Part shown: positions 39,205 through 51,870 of the stretch, piece by piece | How the letters are laid out: each line of letters begins with the position of its first letter | Numbering within the stretch: the first letter of the stretch is position 1 | Assembly: GCA_013239625.1 (NCBI GenBank) | Contig: MU054323.1 | Location: 17,860,029-17,924,028, forward strand | Source: Lama guanicoe | Taxonomy: Eukaryota | Length of the DNA stretch: 64,000 bases | Reading direction: 5' to 3' | Made by a program: the position numbers and the translations under genes | The notes under the pieces: model-generated | Told to the model about the DNA's origin: nothing | Seen by the model: the letters and a program-made list of their open reading frames with translations, nothing else | Databases searched by the model: none

Positions 39205-39955
39205 GAAAAACATCTTTTTCCCTCTAGATTCCTGCGTTCTCAGGTTGGGTCCCTATAAATGGACTGACAAAAGACAGATTAACAAGAGAAAAATACACAG
39301 AAGTCACTCACATGTGCATCATGCATATAGAGCCCTCAGAGTTGGGTAACTCAAAGGGGTGGATAGAACTTGGAATTATGTGGCATCTTTTTTTTTTTAA
39401 TTGAAGTATAGTCAGTTATAATGTGTCAGTTTCTGGTGTACAGCATAGTGTCCCAGTCATGCTTATATATACATATTTGTTTTTACTTTCTTTTTCATTA
39501 AAGATTGTTATAAGATATTGAACATAGTTCCCTGTTCTATACAGAAGAAATTTGCTTTTTATCTTATATGGCATCTTAGTGAAAGAGCAATAAAGTTTTA
39601 GAGAACTGACAAGACAAAGGAAAAGGACTGAGTTTCTAGGGCTGACAAATTGTGGGAAGGCAAATATAAGGAGAAACTAATGGTGGATAAGGGCTAGTAT
39701 GAGCAAGGATTGCTATGAGGGTTCTTCTGGTACCATCTCTGGACTGATAAGGGTCTAGAGTTATCTCCAGTAATAAGTTTCTGTCCTTCCTGGTAGAGAG
39801 AAGGAGGGGGCATCTTTACAAATTTAGATCCAAATAACAGAAATTATTTTAGGCAAAATAGGGGAAGGGCAGGGAGCTTTCCTTGTATCTGCTTCTCAGT
39901 TGCCTTCAGCTCAATATAATTCTTATGCCAAAGTGGCATATTCTTCTGTTCCTCA
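39205..39955. mobile_element. ERV1-class solo LTR containing a nested L1 tail
   Basis: GACAAAAGACAGATTAACAAGAGAAAA and TGCCTTCAGCTCAATATAATTCTTATGCCAAAGTGGCATAT motifs recalled from MER34/LTR39-like LTRs. Confidence 0.65.
39390..39563 (-). mobile_element. Short L1 3' end insertion
   Basis: Poly-T plus AATTGAAGTATAGTCAGTT...TTTCTGGTGTACAGCAT, homologous to 6180-6330; TSD TTATGTGGCATCTT (39376-39389) / TTATATGGCATCTT (39564-39577). Confidence 0.9.
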
Positions 39956-40794
39956 TGGGCATTTGGAAGCACCCTGAAAGCCCTGTGCTTTGCTTTTTGA
40001 AGTGCTGTTTGTGACTCTTTAATCTCTAGTAACCCAGAGACTGCATGGTTATTTTTGAGGAGGCTTATTCATAATTGCACTTAAAAAGATGGAATGCAAA
40101 GTGTTTAAAATTGTGCATTTGTGGGGATATCGATGTACTCTTAAGATCTGATAGTGCAGTTGCTGTCAGTTTAGCACACATTGGACTTGATGAGGGCAGT
40201 GTTACAAGCCTGGAAGGCCACCTGAGGAAGTGGTGGTTTAGCAACATACGAGTCTGTGTTTGGAGTGGGATGGAGGGCGCGTGTATTAAGATGAAGCCCA
40301 GGCACCTTGGCGGGAATGTTCAAGTCAAACCACTCCAGGGCACTTCACCTTTCCTGATGGACTTGCTGTGCTCCTCCTGGACCTCTCCTTTGAAACTGAG
40401 AGGCCTATTTGTTGAAGCCCGATGCCTCTTTAGAGCAGGAGTTACAAAGCAAGAAAACAATCTGAACTGTGGCAGATGGGCTGAGTTAGCAGGATTTGAG
40501 CGCAGAAGCCTCAGAAGATGGTGTAGAGCCACAAGGTATGTGGGAGGACATATATTTGGTCCACCAGATTGCCTGCCAATTTGTAGGTTCAAAAAGAAAA
40601 AAAGTAAGTGAGGAGGCAGGGAAGAAAGGAAAGCAGGAAGGAGCAAATGAGCAACTATTTGGTGACTCTTTGGGGAACTAACTCTATGGGATCTTGTTTC
40701 TTTCAATATCTAATAGGTACATTTCTCTTTCTAAAATACAACCTTCATCACGTCTTTCCTTTGATTAAAAACCACTGACTGATGGATTCCCCCC

Positions 40795-41300
40795 AACAAG
40801 TTAAAAATAGATTTACCAAATGATCCAGCAATTCCACTCCTAGGAATAGACCAAAACAGGGACTCCAGCAAAAAGTTACATGGGAATGTTTGTAGCAGCA
40901 CTATTCACAGTAGCCAAAAGGTAGATACAAACTAGATGTCCATGAGCTGGTGAACGGATCAACAAAATGTGTTGTATTTATATAGTGGAACATTATTCAG
41001 CCCCCAAAAGGAATGATGTACTGATACATGCTACAACCCGGATGAACTGTGAAAACATTGGACTAAGTGAAAGAAGCCAGACACAAAAAGCAAAGTATTG
41101 CATGATTCCATTTATATGAGTTGTCCAGAGTAAGCCGATCCACAGAGACAGAAAACAAGGAGGGAGGAGTGGGGACTGACTGCTTCATGGGGATAGGGTT
41201 TTCTTTTGGGTTGATGGAAATGTTCTGGAGATAGAATGGTTGCACAATGTACTAAATGCAAAGGAGTTACACACTTTAAAACGGTGAATATGATCAAAAC
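40795..41300 (+). mobile_element. L1MB-like 3' end inserted in L2 remnants
   Basis: ATGATCCAGCAATTCCACTCCTAGG...AGCAGCACTATTCACAGTAGCCAAAAGG...CTAAGTGAAAGAAGCCAGACACAAAA...TGATGGAAATGTTCTGGA. Confidence 0.88.
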
Positions 41301-42649
41301 CAAACCAAACCAACCCAAAAATCTCTTGACGGATTTCCACCGCCCACAACTGCATGCCCAAACTTCTTTGCAGGTCATAAAAAAGCCTGCACCATGTGAC
41401 TCCAGCTCCCTCTCTAGTTATGTACTCAGACACTTCTCCATGGAATCTAGGAAGAGGCTCCACCAGACCAGTTGCTCTTCCCTCAGTGCACATGCCCTTC
41501 ACTCTGTGTCACCGTGGAACTTGCTTCTGCTGCTGAAACCCCGTCTTGTGCATCTGGCCACTCTTCTTTGAAAGCTTCCTAGTGCTATTGCTATTTCCTC
41601 TCTAGATTTCCTTGACTCTCCCTCTAACCTCTCATTACCTGCAGAATTAATCTCTGTTATGCTGAGACCCCAGTGTGCTCTGTGCCTCCCTCTAGAATAG
41701 TACTTTCTACATTGCCTTGTGGTTTATTTCCTTGTCTGTTTCACCCCTACCTTAAGGTCAGGGACGGCCATTGCCCTGCTCAGTATCTGACACATGGCAA
41801 TCTTCCCCTTGAATAGCTGTTGAAAAAAATTGTACTGGATTGATTGAAATCACCGTTATATCTGGTCCATTCTTTTTCATCCTCTCCAGCATTTCTTGTT
41901 CAGTTCAAGGACAAGGAGAAGAGAGAATTATTCTGAGCTTTCAGAGACCAGGACACTAATAATTCAAAGAAGACAAAGTACTTGGCATGTTTAAAAAAAG
42001 CAGTAATTGTAGTATATATTAAAAAACAGCATTTATGGTTGCTTTTATTTTTGAAGTCTTCAAAAAATCGGTGTAAAATGAACAGGATGCTTCTTTACGG
42101 AGGATTTTCCTCATAAAGTGTTCTTAATCCTTAATAGAAGGATTACATTATTATTGCGATTTTCTTGTCTTTCTGCTTATACCCCATAGGAAGTCCCCAC
42201 CTTCAAGGAACTGTTCCTTCGTCGCTCTTCTCTTCACAGGACCTAGCAGGGTGGCTTTTCAAATACTAGAAAATCAATAGATGGGTAGGGTTTTCCCAAG
42301 TTTATTATAAGTATTTCCTTGTACACTTTTGGCTTATTAAATACTCTGTTTTTCAATAAAACTGTTGCCAGTCCAATTACATACTTGCTTTCACCAGAAA
42401 CCCCAGTAGCTAGAATGAATCACTGAAAGGCTGCCCCTTCATCAGGCTCTTGGCTGGGCTATTCTGATGCTGTGTCAGACATCTGAGGACAGAGGCGCCT
42501 GTATGCTGGAAAAAGCCTGGGGGACCGTATGGGGTTCAAGAGTGCTCTTCAGACTCTTTAAGCAGAGAGAGCTCTCCAACAGACTGGAGGCTTTTCTGAT
42601 GTGCTGAAGTGATCTCTTCCTCAGCAAGCTTATTTTGCAGTTTATTGAG

Positions 42650-42785
42650 GTGACAAGAATCACAGACTTGAGGCACCTGCTTCCCTCTGCTGTTAAGTAG
42701 CTGTGTGACCTTGGGTGAGTCACCTCACCTCGGCAGGTCTTCATCTTCTCATTTGTAAACAGAGAGGTTGGATTGGTGTAACCTG
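42650..42785 (+). mobile_element. MIR
   Basis: TAGCTGTGTGACCTTGGGTGAGTCACCTCACCTC...CTTCTCATTTGTAAA. Confidence 0.75.
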
Positions 42786-43555
42786 GTGGGTCTTTTGCAG
42801 CATTAACTGGCTGTAATTATAGGATGCCCAGAAAACAGCAGCTTAATTAACTCAGCAATGTGTAAGGACAGAAAAAGGTCAGTTCTCTCCAGAAGCAGGT
42901 AAGCGTTAGGATGCTCCAAACATGAGAGCCTTTTTCTCTTTTCAGTTGTTCACCCACATGTCTTTCCTTTGCTCTTTTGAATGTGACATGCTTTCTTATT
43001 GCTAATTTTCTTTTTCATTTCCTGAGGCTTTCAAAGGAGAGAGCAGGACTTTCTATATTGTTCCAGGAATTCTCTTCTGTGGGAGCAGTGTTTGCCATTT
43101 GGTTGAAAGGACTCCACTATATAATTTTTCTCTTCTTAGATAATTTCCCAGGGAATTGATAATAATAAGTTATATCTGGTTTTTAGGAACTGAAGTTAGA
43201 GTTCATAATAGCAGAAAAGGAGTACCTTTTAGAAAATTGCATAGTATAATTTAAATTTTGCCTTACTTGCTCATTTTAAATTTCGTTGAAGAACTTTTGA
43301 AAGATTTTGATGAAAGAAGGAAATCATATACTTTTTCTTTGTTACCACAGGAAAAAGTTCTAGGTTTATTCCTTTTTTGCTTCATGAGAGTATTAATACT
43401 CATAGTCCATCCACATGAAGTCAAAGAGAAATCCACAATTATCTATTATGATTCATTTTATTCAAAAGTTTTAGAGATGTGCTTTCTGAATTTAACAATC
43501 CACTGTGTTAAATACCTGGAAGTTATATCTGATCACTTTAATTCATATTATGAAT

Positions 43556-43674
43556 TTTTTTTGAGATATATCTTTTATTTTATTGAGGTATAGTCAGTTC
43601 ACAGTGTGTCAATTTCTGGTGGACAGCACAATGTTTCAGTCCTACATATACATACATATATGCCTTTTCATATT
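43556..43674 (-). mobile_element. Short L1 3' end insertion
   Basis: TTTTATTGAGGTATAGTCAGTTCACAGTGTGTCAATTTCTGGTGGACAGCAC; TSD CTTTAATTCATATTATGAAT (43536-43555) / CTTTAATTCATTTAATGAAT (43675-43694). Confidence 0.88.
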
Positions 43675-44888
43675 CTTTAATTCATTTAATGAATCTTGAT
43701 TATTCATTTGTTTCTTTTTTTCCCCCCTCAAATGATATTTCAGGTGACTTGCCACATATTGTAATTGGCATAACAGTTAATTTCACTGAAAGTCCTACTC
43801 AAGAATTTTGAACATGATATGACTTCCCCTGACTCCAAATTTTCTCATTTATGTGGATGAAAGTGTATGTCCAGATAAACCTTGTTAGCCATCCATGGCA
43901 ATACTGGTAATGGCAAATCTCCTGCTCAACTTCTGATGCTTGATTGGATCTGTTGTTTTTACTTAAATCCTTCCCCACAAAGCAGAGATTAGGTAGATAA
44001 GACAATCATCTGTGTCCTCCCCATTGCGGTCAGCCTGATTCTTATTGAGAGAGCCCGAGGGTGAGTTCCAAAAGATGGAATGGATATGGTGTAAGGTGTT
44101 GAGGGTACCACCGCATCTTGGGCCCATCATTTTGATCACTTGGAAGACTTAGAAGATTATCTAAGAGGAGGGAAAAAAACCTGTTCAAAATAGGTGAACA
44201 AAACTGCACTGAATGGTGATGATGAAGAGCAGGGAGAGGCCCCTCCATGGAGAATGAGAGGAGGTCATCCCCTACTGGTCTTAACTTTGGTCTCTTGATT
44301 TGGGAAAATATATTTCTTAGAAAGTTTCCTCATTCTTTTGGGATTTTGTTTGTTCTCTTTTACAAACAGTAACACTAGGAATAGTCTTATGAGATCCGTG
44401 GGAGACTATGAACTTGGAGACTGAAATTACTCTGTAGTAACCATATGACAAGGAGTGTGATATTCATGGAATTTGTAAGAAAAGGCACCAGCAAATTCCA
44501 CCATATAACTCAAAGCAGTTTTTACAAAGAGAAGGAGACATGTTCTCTGACTAAGCTTAAGTGATTGAGGAGAGTAACATTGGTGTTGCTGCTGTTAATG
44601 ACCATTTATATACAGAGGGGACTGTGTCCATGAGGAGAGTGGGGAGATGAGGAACCCTGGGAACTGGGAGCTACTGGTCTGGTCTTAGCTTTTCTGCCAC
44701 TGGTGGGACCTTGGCAAGTGAAACAAAAATTCATTTAAACCTCTCTAAATCTCACCTTCTCATTTTTAAAGTAAAGGATCGGACTTTATGATTTCAAAGA
44801 GTTTTCTGAATTATTACATTTTATGATTTATTTAAAGCATCAGGAAGTAAAGGATGAGTTTTCCAGACAGCTAAAACCTACCTTTCCA

Positions 44889-45597
44889 GTTTGGTGCAGC
44901 CATTATATGGAAAACAGTATGGAAATTCCTCCAAAAACTAAAAATAGACTTAACCATATGATCCAACAATCCCACTCCTGGGCATATATCCAGAGGGAAC
45001 TCCAATTCAAAAAGATACAGGCACCCCAGTGTTCATAGCAGCACTATTTACAACAGCCAAGACATGGAAATAACCTCAATGTCCATTGACAGATGACTAG
45101 ATAAAGAAGTTGTGGTATATTTATACAATGGAATACTACTCAGCTATTAAAAATGAAATAATGCCATTTGCAGCAACATACATGGACCTGGAGATTGTCA
45201 TTCTAAGAGAAGTAAGCCAGAAAGAGAAAGAAAATTACCACATGATATCACTTACATGTGGAATCTTAAAAAAAAGACACAAATGAACTTATTTACAAAA
45301 CAGAAATAGACTCACAGACATAGAAAACAAACTTACAGTTACCAGGGGGGAGAGGGGGTAGAAAGGGATAAATTGAGAGCTCAAGATTTGCAGATACTAA
45401 CTACTATATATAAAATAGATACACAATAAGTTTCTTCTGTATAGCACAAGGAACTATATTCAATATCTTACAGTAACCTATAATGAAACAGAATATGAAA
45501 ATAAATATATGTATGTGTATGTATGACTGGAACATTATGCTGTACACCAGAAATTGACACAACATTGTAAACTGACTATTCTTCAATTAAAAAAAAA
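44889..45597 (+). mobile_element. 5'-truncated lineage-specific L1 (sense to TMEM178A)
   Basis: GTTTGGTGCAGCCATTATATGGAAAACAGTATGGA...TGTACACCAGAAATTGACACAACATTGTAAACTGACTAT plus poly-A; imperfect TSD AAAACCTACCTTTCCA / ACACCTACCCTTCCA; reverse complement of the 6149-6900 element. Confidence 0.95.
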
Positions 45598-46843
45598 CAC
45601 CTACCCTTCCATGCATCAAAAACTTGTTTTTATCTAGCTAGATGGATACACTTACTCAATGCATCATGCACATCTGTGCCTTCTGAAACTGCACTGAATT
45701 TAACTTTTGCTTGATGATTCGAGGTTGTCGTTATGAACTATGATGTAATACTCAGGTACCCTCAGGGAATACAGAGGTGTGTACAATGATGTCCCTCAAA
45801 ACTAAATGATGCAGTACACTACTCTTTAAACAAAAATGGTTGTGCTGATTCTGATCCCTTTTTTAATGCTTGCTGCTTTTCTAAATATCTCTTCTTTCTG
45901 CTTCCATTGTCTATCTAGCTATCCCTTTTTGTATTCCTCTTGGCTGCTTCTCATGGGGTAGGAATAGAGGGCCACAGAGGAAGCAAGTTGGAATTAGGTC
46001 TGGAGTTAGGGCAAATAGTCTTTAGGTGAGGTTTCAGGAGGCAACCTTGAGAATGAAATATGAGGACTTCTTCAGGTCACTGCCCTGGGCCTTTGGGGTG
46101 TACTGTGCTGCAATACGCCACCCATTAAGTATAGTATTAAGTACAGTATCAAGGTGTCTGGTGCTTCCTGTTTATGGAATGATGTTTGTGGCCATCCTTC
46201 CTAGAGGAGAAAATAAGAACAAGAGCAGGGCAAGAATGACAGAGCCCAAGGGACAACAAGAGGGCTCAGAAATAGGAAAAGGTCACTGAAGGACAGATGG
46301 GCGGATCTGTGAGAGCATCCAGTTGATTGACAGGCCCAGCCAGGTATCATCTGTAGGGCGTCCCGCACGTCATCCTGTTCACAGCCTTGGCTGGCCAGTC
46401 CTTCTCCACCATGACAACCCATCACCACCTTCTTTAGGTAATGCAGGGACAGGGGGATTGGCAGTGGCAAAGTTGAATTAGGACCCATGGATGCTGAACT
46501 TCCAGTTCATTTTTATTCCCAGGATCCTCAGGACCACTGGTGGTAGATTAAGAAAATGTAAATTGGTTATTCATTTTCTGTGTATTTACATGGAGATGCC
46601 ACCTTATAAGCTTACAAAATACAGTGTTGTCCATTGCAGCATAAATGTGGACACTGACTAATTTGCACTTCTTTAATCTGCAAGCTTGGCAGTTTGGAGA
46701 AGAAGCATCCTGCCTCCTCTGTCCTCCCTCCTCATTGTCTCACCTCACCCATCCAACAAAGCGAAAAATGTTATTTTAGGCTATGGGAGCCAGATTTTTA
46801 AAAAAAATACCACTGGATTTCTCTAGGCTTTTCTGAAGTTTTA

Positions 46844-46889
46844 AAATAAATAAATAAATAAATAAATTAATTAATTAATTAAAAAAAAA
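46844..46889. repeat. (TAAA)n(TTAA)n(A)n simple repeat
   Basis: AAAATAAATAAATAAATAAATAAATTAATTAATTAATTAAAAAAAAA. Confidence 0.85.
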
Positions 46890-47162
46890 TCAGTGCTGCA
46901 TGGGCCAGTCTCCTGTGGGCTCTCTTTGCTGTGTTTTCTAGGCACTCATGGAATAAAAGCAACCAGACCTGGTGCTATCCTGGGGCCACAGCTTCCCTAC
47001 CCAGGAGGGAGATAGGAACTCATCCTGGACAGCGGGGAGCCAGAAGGGCCTGATATCTGTAGCTGTGGATCCAGGATTGTGTTCATGTAACTACTGGGGA
47101 CTGACTATATGTCCCACCCCTTTGGGCAGGGGAGTTAAGTGTGCCACTGTTGTGTCCCACTT

Positions 47163-47862
47163 GTGTTAGCTTTTTCCTCTTTTTTAACACATGAACTTTT
47201 GATTTATTTATTTTGAATAGAAGTAGGTTTATTCAGAGGGATCTACACCCTATAGCGTAGTCCATCTCAGAAGGCCAGAGAGTCCACGAGGCGCGGGAGT
47301 GTGGTTAAAGTAAAAGCAGATACACACTCCATAGGTAGAGTGCGGGCCATCTTCCTCAGAAAGGAGAGCCGCCACCACGTGCGGGGTTGTTAATGTTTAT
47401 GGGCTCGGTAACTTGATGTGCTGACAAGTGGGAGGATTATTCCTGCTCCTTTGGGGAAGAGGCTGGGAGTCCACTGGGCCATCACCCACGTTCTGACCTT
47501 TTACAGTCGGCCTCGGAACTGTTATGGTGCCTGTGGGAGTGCCTTTTAGCAAAAACCTGAGCTTTTTAGCTTTTTCCCTTCTAAGGCTGGCCCCCCCTTC
47601 TAGAAGAATACTGTCATGGTTGAGCTCAAGATTCTGGAATTACAGTCCTTTTAGGAATGTGCCTGTGGTCTTATTTATCCATGGCTTTGGGTTGACATCT
47701 TTATTGGTTTGGGCTGATAATCATGCAGTCTGTTGGGCTGGTTCTCATGATTTTGGCTACCTTAGTTGTTGCATTGTGCATGGTCTGTGCTGTTCAAATA
47801 ATATCTCAGCAAAAAGGATTGGACCAGCTCAAGAGTACGGGCATCTACCTAGTTCCTGTCTG
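47163..47862. mobile_element. ERV1-like solo LTR with a diverged internal duplication
   Basis: GTTTATT...TACAC..CCATAG...GGCCATCTCAGAAGG motif present twice, then GGGAGGATTATTCC...TTTGGGGAAG...CTGGGCCATCACCCAC..TTCTGACCTTT...GGCCTCGGAACTGT; locally more CpGs than the background. Confidence 0.65.
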
Positions 47863-48349
47863 CTTCTGCCTCTAGCCCTTTGTGTCTTGTTGAATGAATC
47901 ATCTTGCATCCCTGTTTTTCATTTTCCTCTCAGTGAACCCAGAGAGAATGATATTTATCTTGAGCCTTAAGATTTAGGGTCACTAAATATCAGGCACTAG
48001 CGAAATGTAAATTGTTGCTGTCCGTTTGATAGGACCATTCACGCTGCCTCGATGTAGTTTACATCTTTGTTTCTTTCTAATTATAAACGTTCCTAAACAC
48101 ACGCTCGTTACAGAAAATGCAGAAAGCAGCCAAGAAGAAAACAAAAATCAACTGTAACCGTGTATATAATCCTGTTTAAAAAGTCTGATTTCTCTTCATC
48201 CAGTCTTTATGCAAATATATACACAAAGACATATTTGCGAGAATACGATATATATTGCTTTATATCCGGCATGAAGCCACAGGAAGCTTCCAATTTTAGT
48301 CATTTTTGATATCTGCAGAGTATTTTGACCATGGGATGCATAGCCTTCT

Positions 48350-49360
48350 AGTTAGCTAATCTTTCTGACTTCTGTCTTGCCTTATATCCTGTTTTTTTTT
48401 TGTTTTTTTTTTGCCCACCTGACAAAATCATCTCTGGGAAATAAAACTTGATCCTATCACTGCCCTGCTTAAACCCTTCTGTGGCTCCTGATAACTTGCT
48501 GGAGGAGGCTGTGCAGTGTGCGAGCAGGAGCTCTTCCTGCCTGGTCTCTGCCAACCTTCCTTCTCAGCTCTCTATTTCTCATCACGCTCCATCTCAGACT
48601 TTCCGCTCCAGCGGTACCGAACCTGCTGTCCGTCAGTCCCTGTAAATGCTCCTTACCTCTCACCTTGCCTTTGGCTGTTCTTCTGTCTGGAATACCCATT
48701 CCTGCCTCTGATGCCTACCGCCCCTGTGACCTGGCTGACTGGCTCCTTTTTAAAATTCACTCCAGGAGAGAGTCACTGCCCACCCACCACCCTGCCATCA
48801 GGAACCGGTTTCTCTGGGCAGTTCTGTAGCGACCTGCTTGTATTTCCATCACTCAAATGACTCTGCCCGTCCACCCCCCACTCCAGGCCATTCTTCACAC
48901 TAGGGCAAGAGGGAATTGTGTTTTGGTTGGTTTGCTTTAAAAAGTCAATTCTGATCATGCCATTGATTCTGGTTACGCACAGTGTGTGGTGGCTTCCACG
49001 GAGGTTCATGACAGAGACCATCTCGATCCGCCATAATCTAGCCCCTCTCTCCTCTCTAGCGCCATCTTCCCTGACACCTCCTCAGTCTCTGCACCCCAGT
49101 CTCACAGGCCTGCCTCGTCCAAGTCTTTGTTCCTGACCCCTTCTCCATGAGGATGATCCTGCTCATTCTTGGGACCTCAGCCTTCCTGGACTGAGGCTCT
49201 GCCTTTCCCTCAGCGCTCAGGCACCCTCTTCTACGGTCTCCGAGCACTGCGTGCTTCTCCTTAATGTCAGAGTTGTAATTTTGCATCTTTTTGTGCTATT
49301 ATTTCAATAATGCCACTGTCACTCTCTAGACTTTAAGCTCTTGGAGAATAGGACTTGTGT
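48350..49360 (+). mobile_element. L2 fragments
   Basis: CTGCCCTGCTTAAACCCTTCTGTGGCTCC, TTGGCTGTTCTTCTGTCTGGAATACC, CTAGACTTTAAGCTCTTGGAG. Confidence 0.6.
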
Positions 49361-51674
49361 TCATTTTTAGTTTATAGATAGGATTGCATTGGGGGAAAGT
49401 CACAAAATCCAGTAGCTGAGATGAGACAAGCTCCTCAATAAATAGAGCAAGGTAAGACCGATTCAGTTCAATGTCACCATGTGGGGCAGTGCAGGAGGCA
49501 TGGATTAAAGGTGATCGTGCATCAAAAGTGCCTGATCTCCTATAGTCCTTGGAATAGCCTGTGAAATCAGCATTATCAGCCTCATTTTAAATAAGAGATT
49601 TTCATAAAGGTAGCAGGTGGCGGGGCCATAATGTAGTGTTAAGCCAGCCTGAAGGAGAGGGGGGCGCCGTGTGGAATGAAGAAATGCTGGCCCAGGTTGT
49701 CTGTTGGGAGGTGATGCACCTCCGGGTGTGTGGTAGTGGGGCCCTGTGTGTTTGTTTGCGTGTCTCATGGTGCATTTTGGCAGCTGGCTGGCTGGTTGCA
49801 CAGTCTTAACCCAGCCAGGCATTGAAGTGGTGCAGCCAGAAGCAGGGAGCGCTGCAGGGGCTGAATTTATCTCTGCTCATCGGTGCTCCTGGGAATTAAT
49901 GGTGTTCTGTCAGTCCTTTTGCATTGCCCTAGAAAAGCAGGGGCAGCTGCTGGCCAGGATGCCAGAGTCCTCAGAGAGCAGTGTGTTAAATCCTGAGCAA
50001 GACATCACCAGGTGCTCAAACCTAAGAAATCTCAGGTCCTTCTGAGCCCTGGGGGCAACGGAGGTGGCCTTTCTTCTAGTCCAGGGCTTTTAAAGTGACC
50101 CCCAGAGGGGGCTGAGGACTGTGGATGCCTTGGGACACTGGCTATCTAGCCCCAGGCTTTGAAAACCAAATGAAGGCAAAACCGAAGTCTCTGTAAAGGA
50201 GAATAATCCATAAAGGATGTTGCCAGAGAGTTTTAAAACATTTCTTCCGAATTTTCTTAAATTAGGTTTTTCTTTTAATTACGTAGTTATCCTTCAGAAG
50301 CTTGGAACAGTCTCACTCCTTATCAACATATTCCTTGTCAGTTATGCACAGGCTCAGGCTTATGGTGCCGAGGGTGATGCTTAAGTACAAGGCAGCTGGA
50401 AGTTGTTCCCCTTGGGTTGCGGGGAGTGATAGGAATGCTAATGGGCTCTAGTTCTGGGCTGAGCCAGCAGCTGAATGAGAGGCCTTGCCCAGCCCAGGGC
50501 TGGGAGGCCGGGCAGGGAGCAGACGAGAGGCTCATTGCCTGGCTGCTGACCCGACTGGATGAAGGGGGGGTGGGTGTTAACCTTTCATTTTTGTGATTCT
50601 GATAAACTCTGCCTCCTCGCCGGGTTCTTAACATCATATCCTCAAATAGCTGATTGAAGTGATGCTCTCTGCAAAACTGCCTATTGGCACTTTTTGGCAC
50701 TTTTTCTTCCCCCTGCCCGGTTGTGTACATCATTCATGCTGCTTGATGTAAAATTAGGGCTGGAAACATTTTGTGGGCATGTTTGGATGAGATGTGGGCT
50801 GAAATGTGGCAGCGAGTGTGTGTGTGTGCGTGCTTGCGCACGCGTGTGTCAGCAGGTACAGTGAGAACAGTAGTAAATAAGGTACAGCTCTGGACTGTGT
50901 GCAAGTTATCTGGTCCTGTCCTCGTCCTCAGACAAGGACTTGTGAGGACTAGATGTGATAAACGCTGTTGGAAAACAGAAAGAGAATTACAGCTCTCCTT
51001 CACGCTGTCATTGGAACTGGGCCAGAAGGACCTTTCTGTTTCAGGCTCAACCCCTGCCCAGTTATTTTGACTGCTCGAACTAGGTGGGTAGGTGGGTAGT
51101 TCTGGTGGGAGGAGGGATGGTGACTTCAGTTTAGAGTGTGCAGCTGGGGGGCGGGCCCTCTTTCCTCGCACACAGAGAGGTCCCTGGAGGTGGCAGTTTC
51201 CCTGGACCGAGAGGCAGTTTCCCCTGCCCATCCTCACTTCAAGTACTGAAACCCCTCCCCCATCTGAGGTCTGTGTGTGTCTGGGGTGCCAGGGTGGAAT
51301 CTCTGCCCTGAATGGCCCTCCTTCCCCTCCCATCTTCCCCGTGCCTTCCCCTGTCTCCCCAGGCACTCCTGTGCCCCTTCTGTTTTCCCTCTGTTTTAGG
51401 CACCTGGAAACCTCGGCAAGCAGGGAAGGAAATCTTTGCCCGCAGAGGTTTGGACAGTGATTTCCTCCAGCCTTTGTTTCTGCTTCCTTGGGGCTAGAGG
51501 GCAGTGTGAAAGCAAAGGGGATGGAGATACCCAAATTAATATTATGATAAAAGCAATGCCACCTGTCAGTCTGTGCCTGCCTGCTCTGTCCTTGTTCACT
51601 TAAGAGGTCTAATTAGGCGTGATCAGATGTAGTCATGGAGATTCTCCTCTGACCAAGTCTGTGAAGATACCTAA

Positions 51675-51870
51675 GGACTGGTTTTGGCAGCAGATGCAGA
51701 TTCAGTGCCAGCTCTGTCACTTGTTGGCTTTGGGACTTCAGGAAGATTATTTAACCTCTCTGAGCCTCAGTTTCTTCCTCTGTCAAACAGAACCTAGCTC
51801 ATGGGGGGAATGTGGGTAAAGCTCTCGACTGGCACATAGCAAGCCCTAGGTAAATTATCATCAATATTTA
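51675..51870 (+). mobile_element. MIR
   Basis: TTATTTAACCTCTCTGAGCCTCAGTTTCTTCCTCTGTCAAA...CTGGCACATAGCAAG. Confidence 0.8.

Noticed and set aside
42895..42948. Strong donor CAG|GTAAGC followed by acceptor TTTTTCTCTTTTCAG
   Set aside because: They are only about 47 nt apart, too short for a typical mammalian intron, and I could not define a matching exon on either side.
50812..50850. Alternating purine-pyrimidine (TG/CG) tract as a Z-DNA element
   Set aside because: Short interrupted microsatellite of a very common type, with nothing suggesting function.
50734..51534. 266-aa minus-strand ORF
   Set aside because: No recognisable homology; it runs through a (TG)n-like tract and moderately GC-rich intron, and is probably chance.
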